Source: Cyanophora paradoxa CCMP329 (Eukaryota; Plantae; Glaucophyta). Taken from it: a DNA stretch of 41,995 nucleotides. Below the pieces are notes generated by a model. That model saw nothing but the letters and a program-made list of their open reading frames with translations, did not search any database and had not been told where the DNA came from. The position numbers and the translations under genes are program-made. The DNA is taken from NCBI GenBank assembly GCA_004431415.1, contig QPMI01000664.1, positions 1 to 41,995 on the forward strand. The letters run 5' to 3'. Positions 1 to 9,086 of this stretch are shown piece by piece; the stretch's first letter is position 1; each line of letters starts with the position of its first letter.

Positions 1-117
1 GGCGCGCGGTCGACGGCACCTGCCGTTGCTCGTGGCGCTCGGCGGCTCGCTCCTCATGGTCTGGTACCTGCGCGGCTTCGCGATTTAGATAGATTTTCGA
101 AGCGCTAGCTAGAAGAG

Positions 118-447
118 ATGAGCTGGCTCGACGCGCTGCTCACCAAGACCTTTGGGCCCAAGGGCGCGCCGCGGCTGCAGTTCGGTGAGCTCAACGCCGC
201 GATCGGCGCCACAGTCGAGATGAAGAACCGCGAGAACGTGCTGCTGCGCGGCGACGGAGGCGCGTGGGCGGACATTGCGGCGGGCGCGCTGGGCTCCGCA
301 CTCACCGCACCGGGCAAGGCGGGCCGCGCGCTCACGGACGTGGCCGAGCGCTTCTGGCACTGGCTCAAGGTTGCCGTGGTCATCGCCGCAGCGGTTGTGG
401 CGGGTCTCCTGGTGCTCGAGGCTCGCGCGCTATTTTCTAAACGCTAG
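118..447 (+). CDS. Small viral membrane protein (C-terminal TM helix)
   Basis: 109-aa ORF with hydrophobic segment VAVVIAAAVVAGLLVL; ATTTTC motif upstream of the ATG. Confidence 0.65.
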   Translation: MSWLDALLTKTFGPKGAPRLQFGELNAAIGATVEMKNRENVLLRGDGGAWADIAAGALGSALTAPGKAGRALTDVAERFWHWLKVAVVIAAAVVAGLLVLEARALFSKR

Positions 448-463
448 GTAAAGCGAGCGAACC

Positions 464-868
464 ATGCCCCGCGGCGGCTCTTCCCCCCGTGTCTCCTTCG
501 CTGAGAACGAAGTCGCCGCTACCCCCCTGGAGCCCGGCGTCAAGCTGGAGCGCGCGAACGCAGTCTCCATCAAGAAGGCCAAGCGCGCGCTGGTTCTAGA
601 AGTCCCCAAGACCGCCTCGCAGTTCCTTCCCACGTCCGAGTACGACGGCACGGAAGATACGGAGAAGGTTGCATTCAACAAGCGCAAGACGTACAAGGCT
701 ATACGCGAGGGCCAGCTGCTGCCCACGGACGCGGTTCCCGGGCTGCCGGGCACCACGGCCGGCGAGCTGCTCGTGCGCAACCTGCGCCTGCAGTACGTCT
801 CCCGCCTCCGCCGCTCCAAGGCCAAGAAGGCGCGCCTGGACTCGGGCGATAGCAGCTCTAGCTCGTAG
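464..868 (+). CDS. Hypothetical basic viral protein
   Basis: 134-aa ORF with viral-like codon usage; TATTTTCT upstream. Confidence 0.6.
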   Translation: MPRGGSSPRVSFAENEVAATPLEPGVKLERANAVSIKKAKRALVLEVPKTASQFLPTSEYDGTEDTEKVAFNKRKTYKAIREGQLLPTDAVPGLPGTTAGELLVRNLRLQYVSRLRRSKAKKARLDSGDSSSSS

Positions 869-899
869 GCTCTGTACTCAATACTACCAGTTCCTGTTC

Positions 900-1169
900 C
901 TATCCCAGAGCACGACTCGGGTAAAGGGCACGGTCATAGCGAACATGAACTCGGCAAACTTGGCGAAGTTCATGAGGGTCCCTAGGCGGCGGGTCCTCCC
1001 AGTAGATAGCTTCGCGCAGGGACTCGTAGATGCGCATGAGGGAGCGCTCGTTCTCCGTCGCGAAGGCGTCGGAGGGCTCGTCGGGATCCGGATCCGAGAG
1101 CTCCGAGTACTCGTCCGAGCTGCCAGCGCTCTCGACGCCTGCGGCCGGGTCGGGCGAGGGGTCAGCCAT
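900..1169 (-). CDS. Hypothetical acidic viral protein
   Basis: 89-aa ORF; ATTTTCT motif upstream of the ATG. Confidence 0.5.
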   Translation of the reverse strand: MADPSPDPAAGVESAGSSDEYSELSDPDPDEPSDAFATENERSLMRIYESLREAIYWEDPPPRDPHELRQVCRVHVRYDRALYPSRALG

Positions 1170-1531
1170 TCTTTGCTGGTAGAAGGGCTAGAAAATCACG
1201 GCGCCGGTACTCCATCGAGTCGCCGCGCCAGTACTTGTTGCCGGAGGCGAGCAGCTTCATCGGCTCGCCCGTCGAATCGTGCTTCCAGGCCGCGCCGTCC
1301 CAGAGGGCCGTGCCGCCGTCCTCTAGCTTGAGGCGGTGGCCCGCCTCGAGCCGATCGCCGTTGAGCATGCGGCCGGCCATGAGCGCCAGGTCCCACTCGG
1401 TGAGGCCGCGCTGCTCTTCGGGGTGAGGCCGCGCTCGACGCGCTCGGGCTGGCGCGCCTCGCGCTCATGCGGCTGAGGCCACTAGGAGAAGATGGGCAGC
1501 GCAAAGGCCATGAGATCTAGCAGGCTCCATT
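1162..1531 (-). CDS. Hypothetical viral protein (frameshifted; ORF track shows 1162..1380)
   Basis: The reading frame extends upstream of 1380 (PEEQRGLTEWDLAL-MAGRM...). ATG near 1531 is preceded by TTTTCT. Confidence 0.4.
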
Positions 1532-1867
1532 GGCAAGACTTAGAAAAGGTTCCGGGCCAGGCTGAGAGCTGCGGGCCCAGGCGCGGGCCGCGTAGTAGAG
1601 CCGGCGGCCGCCGCGGCCAGGATCAGGAGGCGGGGCGGGCCGCGCGCGGGCTCCTCCAGGGTCAAGTCCACGGTCTCTGGCTCGCGGGCCGCGTCGCCAG
1701 GATCTCGGGCTCGGAGCTGAGGGACTTGGGCCGCGGCGGCGGCGCTGCTTGGGGCGGAGGCGGCGCGGCGGAGGAGGTCCTCGGGTCCTGTTGATACTGC
1801 GCAGTCAGTAAAGTCCTGCTTGTGGGTACCTCGGAAAATTGTGGGAGGTGCCCGCGGCTGCGAACGT

Positions 1868-3247
1868 AGGAGGGGGGAGAAGTGACGCGGACGGAATACG
1901 TCATAGTCGAATACGTCATAGTCCAAAACCTGGACTCGGGACTCGCCCGGCCTGCCGGTAAAAAAATAGACTCGGATTGGCGCCATCATCTCTACCCCGC
2001 TGGTTCAGCTGAGTAGGGGGAGAAGTGACGCGTCCGAATACGTCATAGTCGAATACGTCATAGTCCAAAACCTGGACTTGGGACTGGGCCAGACTCTCGC
2101 CAAGTTTCAAATAATAATACTGTACCCTATTATAATAATAATAATACTTAGTATAATAATAATACTATTGCATTCATTGCTTTTGAATGTAGTTAATGTC
2201 ATAGCAACTTGAACATGATGTCATGATGATTTCAAGTTAAATACCGGGTACGGTGTTTTTGTTCAAGTCTCTTTTTTACGGCAGGGCCGGCCGAGTCCCG
2301 AGTCCAGGTTTTGGACTATGACGTATTCGACTATGACGTATTTGTGACGCGTCCGCAACCTCCGCAACCTTTCAGTTAATTAATTAAGCACTGGGCTAGC
2401 GCTAGGCTAGCTAGATATCGATACAGCTAGCTAGCTCAGCTCTACCCTGCCCAAGTTGATGGTATCTAGCAGCGCTTGCTCTCTAAGTCTGCACCGCCTC
2501 CTCCTAGCGCTAGCGCTAGCTCGATACCGCCTCCAGACTTGATCTCCCTTGGCTTCAGCCACCGAAGGGGCTCAGGCACCTTTCCTAGTGAAGCCAGTAT
2601 CGTTGCTCTTGTCCAGCTTGAGGTAGCGGTAGGGCGCCGGCGCCGGCCAGTCGGGCCTGTGGCTGCTTGCTTCCTTGGCTATGTCCTTGGGCCTACGCGG
2701 AAGCAGGTCGGCCTTGGCCTTCGCCCTCTGCAGAGGGCCCAGCGCCTTGAACTTCGGTGCCTTCGTCGCCGGTAGAGCCTTGGGCTGAGGCTTCAGTGCC
2801 TTCTGCGCCTTCGACTTCGGCTGCGGCTGAGGCTTTGGCTGCTTCAATTTCTGCATACTTCTTGCTCATAAATGAGAAAAGCGCCACGAAGTCGGCTTTT
2901 ATCTCCTCCTTGGTCCAGGATGTCACATGATCCGGGTCACCTGAGAACGGCGCATCGAACGCCACGTGGAGCGATTTGCAGGCCTGAGCTATCATTGGCT
3001 CCGGCCAGGCCAGCTCGATCAGCTGAAGGTAGATGTTGAGGGCCTTGTCGAGCTTGGCGCCCTGGGACTAGCTGGGAGATGGCGGGCTCCATGGTGGGTA
3101 GACTTGCATCAGAAAATGGCGCCAAGTTTGAGTTTATTTTTTTACTGGGCGGGGACCTGGGCCCGAGTCCCGAGTCCAAGTTCCAGCCCATGACGGAATC
3201 GTCCATGACGGAATCTTTTGCGTCCGCGTCACTTCTCCCCCCCTCCT
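1868..3247. repeat. Nested inverted-repeat/iteron locus with AT-rich core (candidate origin/enhancer)
   Basis: 15-mer GAATACGTCATAGTC doubled at 1894-1923 and 2036-2065 and inverted at 2314-2343. A diverged inverted copy of the 1868-1986 block lies at about 3115-3247. AT-rich (AAT)n core at 2107-2240. Confidence 0.85.
2466..3092 (-). CDS. Hypothetical protein with Lys/Pro/Ala-rich basic C-terminal half (frameshifted across ORFs 2937..3206, 2693..2995, 2572..2856)
   Basis: ATG at 3092 preceded by ATTTTCTGATGCAA (identical to the motif upstream of 25413). Consecutive overlapping frames join into one plausible protein. Confidence 0.45.
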
Positions 3248-3304
3248 CACCTGAACGCTCACCTGACCCTCAGCTGAGCGCTCACCTGAACGGCCTTTAT
3301 AAGC
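3244..3304 (+). promoter_or_regulatory. Candidate early promoter: TCACCTGA x3 plus TTTATAAG TATA-like box
   Basis: Repeated TCACCTGA/TCAGCTGA followed by tttataag about 65 nt upstream of ATG 3365. The same motif occurs upstream of 3943, 4334 and VLTF3. Confidence 0.6.
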
Positions 3305-3364
3305 GCGCGGCACGCGGCGTTCCCCTCACACTCTCAATCTCTCTCAACGCAACCAGCAGGCAAC

Positions 3365-3833
3365 ATGGCCCTTGTCGCCCAGTTCAACGTCGAGGAATAC
3401 ACCGTGCGCGTGATCGGCGAGCCCATCGACCGCGAGGTGGAAGTTCTCAAGAACGGCGAGGTGGAAGACTGTAAGGACTGCCCCGGCAAGATCCTCCTCA
3501 TGAAGCTCTCCGACGACGGCCTCTCCTTCACGCTTGTCTCCTGCGCCAAGACTCACACCGGGCACACGGCCTACATCGTTACCTTCTCCGCGGGGCGCTT
3601 GAGCTGCACCCACGTTAAAGTGCCGAGTGGGCCTCGTTCTGCGCGGCGATCTCGCCTCGGGCCGCTCCCTCGCCTACACCTCTTCGAGGACTACGACTGC
3701 AACATCTGGGTCTTGCGGAGGCAGATGGGCTCCTCAAGATGAAGGTCGATCAGCTGCACCAGCAGTGCGGCTACCCCTTCAGCATAGACGATAGGTCGAT
3801 TACCTTTGATCTCGAGGGCTCTGTATCCCTTTG
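3365..3833 (+). CDS. Hypothetical early viral protein (frameshifted near 3' end)
   Basis: ORF 3365..3742 with strong codon bias; coding-like sequence continues in a shifted frame (...LLKMKVDQLHQQCGYPFSID...). Confidence 0.5.
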
Positions 3834-3834
3834 A

Positions 3835-3890
3835 AATTGAACACGTGTTTTCTGGCTTCACCTGACGCTCACCTGATGCGGGGCCTTAAG
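3835..3890 (+). promoter_or_regulatory. Candidate early promoter (AATTGAACACGTGTTTT plus TCACCTGA x2)
   Basis: 17-mer identical to 4223-4239; contains the palindrome AACACGTGTT. Confidence 0.55.
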
Positions 3891-3942
3891 AGGGTGCGCG
3901 GGGCCTCGTTTCCTCACACTTTATCAGCAAGCAAACGAGAGA

Positions 3943-4218
3943 ATGTGCGCCCCCAAGTACTTCACCTGCTGCCTCACCTTCGGCATCTTCGAGTACGAGG
4001 CCATGGACGAGGATCTCGACGAGAACGGCGAGATCTGCTTCAACTACTGCAGGCTGCTGCGCAACATCTCGCTGGAGTGCCGCAAGGGCGACTGCTTCAG
4101 CACATCATGCTCAATCCGCCAAGAACGAGATCACCCTGTACGCCGTCGCCAGCCCAGCGCCAGATTTAGACTCTCGAATATTCGCGTAGCCGTGATCGAG
4201 GCTCTCCCCTCCCAGTGA
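3943..4218 (+). CDS. Small Cys-rich hypothetical viral protein
   Basis: 91-aa ORF downstream of the repeated promoter motif. Confidence 0.5.
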   Translation: MCAPKYFTCCLTFGIFEYEAMDEDLDENGEICFNYCRLLRNISLECRKGDCFSTSCSIRQERDHPVRRRQPSARFRLSNIRVAVIEALPSQ

Positions 4219-4222
4219 GCTG

Positions 4223-4300
4223 AATTGAACACGTGTTTTACCTGAATCACCTGAGCGCTCAGCTGAAGTCAGGCCGGGCGACCTCAAATATTTTCTGGCG
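4223..4300 (+). promoter_or_regulatory. Candidate early promoter of the SSB gene
   Basis: AATTGAACACGTGTTTT, then TGAATCACCTGAGC (4243-4256), then TCAGCTGA. Confidence 0.55.
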
Positions 4301-4333
4301 CTAGGCTGAAGCACACTCTAAGCTAACGCAACC

Positions 4334-5115
4334 ATGGCCACCGTCCGCAGCGCCACCGAGATCGACCCCGCCAAGCTCGCCTTCGAAATCGACGCCAACG
4401 GCCGCATCAAGGCCAAGTACGACGGCCTGCAGGGCCTCATGATGTACGCGCCGCCCATGGTCACGATCAACCCGTGCATCAACACCGAGCAAGGCAAGGC
4501 CTGGAGCGACGAGAAGAAGGCCTTCGTCATGGAAGAAAACGGCGGATTCTACACGCTGGACCTCACCGATCTCAGCGCCGTCGACGGCCAGACGAACCCG
4601 GCCGCGGACGAGTTCCTCAAGCTGCTGGAGGCCCTGGACGCGAAATTCTGCGAGTTCGTGCAGCAGAACCAGGCCAAGCTCAAGGTCTCGCCCGGGCGCG
4701 CCCTCTCCAAGGATCAGATCTCGGTGCTGCAGACGCCCAGCGTCCGCATCAAGGTCGACAAGGAGTCGGGCCAGGCCTTCTACAAGTACCTCAACATGCG
4801 CATCCGCACGCAGACGATGGCCGGCAAGCGCAAGACCGTGCCCGTCGTCGACATGTCCAACTACCTCATCACCGAGCGCGCCACCATCGGCACCGGCGAC
4901 CTGGTGGCGGCCCTCGTTAAAATCGACACCGCCTACGCCATCCCGAGGGCAAGTTCGGCCTCAAGTGGTCCTTCCTCGCCGTGCAGCAGTGCAAGGTCGG
5001 CGCCTTTCGCTTCGCCGGCCGCACGCCCGAGCTGGCCTTCAAGCCCTACGACAACGAGGCCGATTTCGAGCCCTACCTAAACCCCGAGTCTATGTACACC
5101 GCCCCCATGCAGTAG
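4334..5115 (+). CDS. NCLDV-type single-stranded DNA-binding protein (OB-fold); one frameshift near 4945
   Basis: FLKLLEALDAKF helix and G-D-L-V-A-A-L-V-K-I strand. The shifted frame gives GKFGLKWSFLAVQ and an acidic/aromatic tail, matching the GxFGxxW signature of NCLDV/T7-like SSBs. Confidence 0.7.
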
Positions 5116-5169
5116 CTTAGTCGAATAAATTGTAATTTCTCTGGTGCAATTGATTACAAGCGTTTACAG

Positions 5170-5973
5170 TCAAAGGCCGTTGAACTTGCCGCCCACCGCC
5201 CTGGGCTCCGCCGCCGTCGAGGCCGCCGCCTCCGTCACCTCCTTCATCATCTCCGGGTTCGCGTTGGCCGCGTGCACCGCCAGCACCGTCTGCACAAGGG
5301 CCATCCCCAGGCGCGCCTCGGGCCCCAGGGTCACGTAGCGCGAGTACTTAATCACCAGCTCCTCTAAAATCGGCTGCACCTGGTCCATGGAAGAGAGCGT
5401 CGCCTGCCCGAGCCCGTCTAACTTCAGGCCGATCGGATCGTACGCTTTGTTAAGGTGCTCCAGCGAGTGCATGCCCGCGATCAGAAAGAGGCGCGCCGCC
5501 TCCAGCGAACCCCGCGTGCTCAGCTCGCGCTGAATTTCCTCGTACTCTTCCTTCAGCTCGTCCAGCGGCGTGGCGAGGCTCAGCTTCTTCGTGGACGTCA
5601 GCTCGCCCCCGAACGAGCGCCTGTACTGCGCGATCTGCCGCAGAACCTGCTTCTTCTCGTCCACGTCCACCTGCGCCTCGTCTCGCGGCCTCTCCTGCAG
5701 GTCGATCCCCAGCGCCTTTTTCACGCTCTGCTCCTTCTTTTTCGTCATTTCGATGTGCTCCTGCACGCTGAAGCTCGCGCCCTTGCTCGGCGCCGTCGGC
5801 GGCACCGTGGGCCCGTCGCCCGGCAGCGCCGTCTTGTCTGCCTTCGGCGCCTTCTCGCCCTTTTCCTTGCCTTCCTTCGCGGGGCGGCCCTTCTTCCGAG
5901 GCTGTGGGATCCCCACCGGGTTCGGCCCGTCCACGGCCAGCGCGTCGAAGCCGAGCATGGAAGAGGGGTCCAT
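5170..5973 (-). CDS. Conserved NCLDV-type hypothetical protein (DUF5767-like)
   Basis: DPIGLKLDGL...LEELVIKY...GPEARLGMALVQTVLAVHAAN resembles the LDG...EL..KY...PE..L..H..N pattern of a family conserved in phycodna/mimiviruses (recognised from memory). Confidence 0.6.
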   Translation of the reverse strand: MDPSSMLGFDALAVDGPNPVGIPQPRKKGRPAKEGKEKGEKAPKADKTALPGDGPTVPPTAPSKGASFSVQEHIEMTKKKEQSVKKALGIDLQERPRDEAQVDVDEKKQVLRQIAQYRRSFGGELTSTKKLSLATPLDELKEEYEEIQRELSTRGSLEAARLFLIAGMHSLEHLNKAYDPIGLKLDGLGQATLSSMDQVQPILEELVIKYSRYVTLGPEARLGMALVQTVLAVHAANANPEMMKEVTEAAASTAAEPRAVGGKFNGL

Positions 5974-5998
5974 CGTTACGCTTGCCCCTTAGAAATAT

Positions 5999-6325
5999 TT
6001 ACTCGGAGGTCAGCTCGGTGAACATATCCAGGTAGAGCCAGAGCTTCTCCCGCGTGCTCGACGGGCACCCGAAGAAGAGCGGCCGCACCCACCGGTACTC
6101 GGCCGGCAGCTTCTCGAAAATTCGCTCGTCGCGCGATTTAATTAGCGCCGCCTCCGCGTTGATGTGCCGCCTGAAGAGGACGATGACCGCCGTGGCCCCT
6201 ATGCCGCGCAGCGAGTCGATCTGCGCCCGTACCCCCGGCTCCTTCGCCTCCGCCCCCAGCACTCCGAGGAAGCGGCCCCAGCGCGCCTCGATCTGCTCGC
6301 CCAGCGTTGCCTCCGTCGCCGCCAT
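5999..6325 (-). CDS. Conserved NCLDV-type small helical protein
   Basis: IKSRDERIF...REKLWLYL resembles the I..kDE.FF...K..IW.YL pattern of NCLDV hypotheticals; ATTTCT upstream. Confidence 0.55.
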   Translation of the reverse strand: MAATEATLGEQIEARWGRFLGVLGAEAKEPGVRAQIDSLRGIGATAVIVLFRRHINAEAALIKSRDERIFEKLPAEYRWVRPLFFGCPSSTREKLWLYLDMFTELTSE

Positions 6326-6347
6326 GTGCTCGCGTGTGCATTAGAAA

Positions 6348-7520
6348 TTAAGCAGCGGCGAAGGGGTTGGGGGCAGCCACCGGTGCGACCGGTGCGACCG
6401 CTGCGGCCGCCTGCGCGGCGTATCGACCCTGCTGTGCTGCGGCCGCAGTGTACGCATTCGCCGCGCGCAACGCAACGGCCTGTTGGACACGGAGCTGGTT
6501 GTTACGACCCTGGCCCACCAGGTTCTGGAATGTTGTACGGAATCGTTCCTGCAGTGAGTCCTCCCCCGCGTTCACCGGGCCCGCCCGCCGCAGGTCGTTA
6601 ATCTGTCTAACCATGCTCCCGTCCGCCCCCCACGCGTTCGCCTCCTGCATAATCGGGTTTGTAATCGCCGGCAGGAGGTTCTGATCGTGGTACGGCACGG
6701 CGGTCGAGATGGCCGGGCCGCGCGTCCCCTGCATGTCCATGAGCACCGCTTCGAACGGATTGCCCTTGCTGAAGTCGATGTCCTTCCTCCCGTACGGCGT
6801 GTTGGCCGCATTGGTGAGCCGCGCCGTCTGGGCGTTGAACATGGGCGACAGGTCGGGGGTGTAACCGGCGCGGAGGTTCTGCCCGTAACGGCCTGCGGGG
6901 CCAAGCAGGTTCTCCCGCTCAATTTCTTCCATCGTCTTGATCCAGCCGCGCTCGCGCGCCCACTTCATGACGAGGTCGTCGTAGTTCATCGGGAAGAAAA
7001 CCTTCTGGTACTTGTCGAACCGCGTAATTTCGATATCCTGCTCGATCATGTTCGTAATTCGCTCGAGCAGCTCGGGGTAATATTCCTCGAGCATTTTGGC
7101 GACGCCCGGCTGCTTCAGGTCGAAGGCCGTCATCGCCCACTGGTCGAAATCGCGAATCATGATTTCCTTCCGCAGCGAGAAGGCATTCTCAACGTCCTCC
7201 TCGTTGATCGTGCGCCCGGGGTGGGCGTTCTGCAGCTGCTGTCGGATGCCCATGCGCATCAGCTTCTCCATCTGCGGGGTGTACTTCATGGCCGGCAGGG
7301 CCTTCGTGTTCGTGCCGCTCACGCCCAGGCCACGCGCCACGTCCTCCGGCGTGTAGACGTCGGCCTTTGAGGGATCCAGGACGGGCACCTCGGGCATGAT
7401 CGTGCCCGGCGCGTACTTCTCGATAATTCCCGTCACCTCGCCCTTCAGGTCGTTCTTCAGCGACTGGCGCTGCTTCTTAGAGCCCTCCCCAATGTCCATC
7501 ATAGAGTGGCCCTTCGTCAT
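6348..7520 (-). CDS. Hypothetical protein downstream of MCP (possible virion/core protein)
   Basis: Intact 390-aa ORF, co-oriented with MCP, ATTTTC upstream. Confidence 0.7.
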   Translation of the reverse strand: MTKGHSMMDIGEGSKKQRQSLKNDLKGEVTGIIEKYAPGTIMPEVPVLDPSKADVYTPEDVARGLGVSGTNTKALPAMKYTPQMEKLMRMGIRQQLQNAHPGRTINEEDVENAFSLRKEIMIRDFDQWAMTAFDLKQPGVAKMLEEYYPELLERITNMIEQDIEITRFDKYQKVFFPMNYDDLVMKWARERGWIKTMEEIERENLLGPAGRYGQNLRAGYTPDLSPMFNAQTARLTNAANTPYGRKDIDFSKGNPFEAVLMDMQGTRGPAISTAVPYHDQNLLPAITNPIMQEANAWGADGSMVRQINDLRRAGPVNAGEDSLQERFRTTFQNLVGQGRNNQLRVQQAVALRAANAYTAAAAQQGRYAAQAAAAVAPVAPVAAPNPFAAA

Positions 7521-7592
7521 CGTGCCTCGGTTAGGATCCCAATGGGAAAATTTATTGGTTCAAATCGGCGTACAGGGGAGGGGGCTAGGCGA

Positions 7593-9050
7593 CTACTGGA
7601 AGCGGCGGTAGGCGCCGCCGCCCACGTAGCTGATCTCGTTGTAGTAGCGGCAGTAGATGGTGGCGTGCCCCTCGAAGGCAGCGGGAGGGTTGCCCGCGCC
7701 GGTCTTGGCCGTCGTGAGGGTGAGCTCGACGGTCTTGAAGGCGCCAAAGTCCAGGCCGCCGAACATCTTGGTGTCGTCGCCGACCTCGGTGCCGAAGGGC
7801 AGCGAGTAGATGTACTCGACGCCGAACTGGCCGGTCGCAGTCGAGGCGGGAACAATGTCGCTGTTGGTCCTGTCCTGCGTCTCCACGGTCGTGACGGGCG
7901 TGTCGTTGCCCGACCAGGGGTTGGCAAGGAGCGCCGTCTGGAGGGCCTTGAGCGCCGCGGCCTCCCTTGCGTCGTAGGCGACATCCCCGGCGGCGGGCGC
8001 CGTAATCAGGTTTTGCGCCTCCGCGTCGGTGGATGCCGCGAAGCCCTGCAGCAGCTCGAGGAACTTGCGCGTCGGCACGTTGCGGTGCTCGCGCGAACAA
8101 ATAACCGTGCGGATGAAATTCGCGTCCAGGATGGAGTCGTCCACCACCTTAATATTATCGCACTTGAGGCCGATCTTCGTGAGGGGCCGGAACTTCCAGA
8201 ACTCCTTGGCCGCCGCCGTCGGCGTGGCATCGCGCACGACGACCAGCAGCTCGTAGCAAACTCCGGTGAAGGGCAACCGAATCGCGGTGCCCGACTTGAA
8301 GCCGACCTCGTAGGACTGCATGAACTTGCCGGGGTAGGTAACGCTGTTGGGCTGGAGGCTCAGCTCGTAGGCGGAAACGTGCGTGTAGCGGACCATGAGC
8401 TTGACGCTGTCGAGGTTGCCGGCGCTGGTGCCGGCCGTGTGGTTTGCCGTCGAGGCGTAGGTGACGTTGAGCTCGTTGAGGCGCGCAAATGTGATCTGAA
8501 TCTTCAGGTCGTTGCCGGTGCCGCGGAGCTTGTAGAGGGGCACGGCGTTCTTGCGACCGAAGCCGTTGAGAATGCGCAGTGGGATGGTGAGGCTCATGGC
8601 CCCGTGGTTGGAGCGGCGCTGCAGGAGCTGGGGCGCCCAGCACTCGTTGATGAGGTTGGCGTTGTGGGGGAGGGAGCGATCCTGCTCGAGCTCGTCGTAG
8701 ATCGCATCGTAGGCACCCTCGTACTCGTGCACGAGCTGCGTCCCCACGAACACCTTGACCTTCTTGAGCAAAATAAATCCGGCCTTGGGAAGGTAAAATT
8801 TGGTGTCGTCCGCAAGGTCGGGCAGGGTCGCCCGGAGCCAGACGTCGGAGATGAACGGGCCGGAGTGGGGCACGACGAAATCGACGACGGTGTCGAAATT
8901 GGGCGAGGCCTGCACGGGGCTAACCTCCAGCACCTCGTCCACGAACGGCGTCGCCGTGTCGAAGGAGTCGGGCACGTGCACCGACGAGTTCGAGCTCAGG
9001 AGCGACTGCGCGAGGGCGGTCGTGGGGGTGGAGATGAGCGCGGAAGCCAT
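7593..9050 (-). CDS. MCP: Major capsid protein, NCLDV-type double jelly-roll
   Basis: 485 aa with motifs F.VPHSG..ISDVWL..TLP, LKKVKVFVG.Q, LTIPL, VPL..L, LKIQITF, YSLPFG, GGLDFG, YCRYYN, typical of NCLDV MCPs. Confidence 0.9.
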   Translation of the reverse strand: MASALISTPTTALAQSLLSSNSSVHVPDSFDTATPFVDEVLEVSPVQASPNFDTVVDFVVPHSGPFISDVWLRATLPDLADDTKFYLPKAGFILLKKVKVFVGTQLVHEYEGAYDAIYDELEQDRSLPHNANLINECWAPQLLQRRSNHGAMSLTIPLRILNGFGRKNAVPLYKLRGTGNDLKIQITFARLNELNVTYASTANHTAGTSAGNLDSVKLMVRYTHVSAYELSLQPNSVTYPGKFMQSYEVGFKSGTAIRLPFTGVCYELLVVVRDATPTAAAKEFWKFRPLTKIGLKCDNIKVVDDSILDANFIRTVICSREHRNVPTRKFLELLQGFAASTDAEAQNLITAPAAGDVAYDAREAAALKALQTALLANPWSGNDTPVTTVETQDRTNSDIVPASTATGQFGVEYIYSLPFGTEVGDDTKMFGGLDFGAFKTVELTLTTAKTGAGNPPAAFEGHATIYCRYYNEISYVGGGAYRRFQ

Positions 9051-9080
9051 GGTTTAGGGGTGCGTTGAGAAAATTTTTCA
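9051..9080 (-). promoter_or_regulatory. Candidate late promoter of MCP (AATTTTCT...TAAACCATG)
   Basis: An instance of the ATTT(T)C(T) motif found about 15-30 nt upstream of more than 20 viral ATGs. Confidence 0.55.
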
Positions 9081-9086
9081 GTGGGT

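Noticed and set aside
2107-2170. CRESS-virus nonanucleotide (TAATATTAC/TAGTATTAC) origin
   Set aside because: Only look-alike words (TAATAATAC, TAGTATAAT) are present, and they are not in a GC stem-loop.
1894-2343. Repeats as a CRISPR array
   Set aside because: The units are abutting doublets in both orientations with no unique spacers, and there are no cas genes.
7506-9068. 520-aa plus-strand ORF
   Set aside because: Antisense shadow of the MCP gene caused by GC3 bias.
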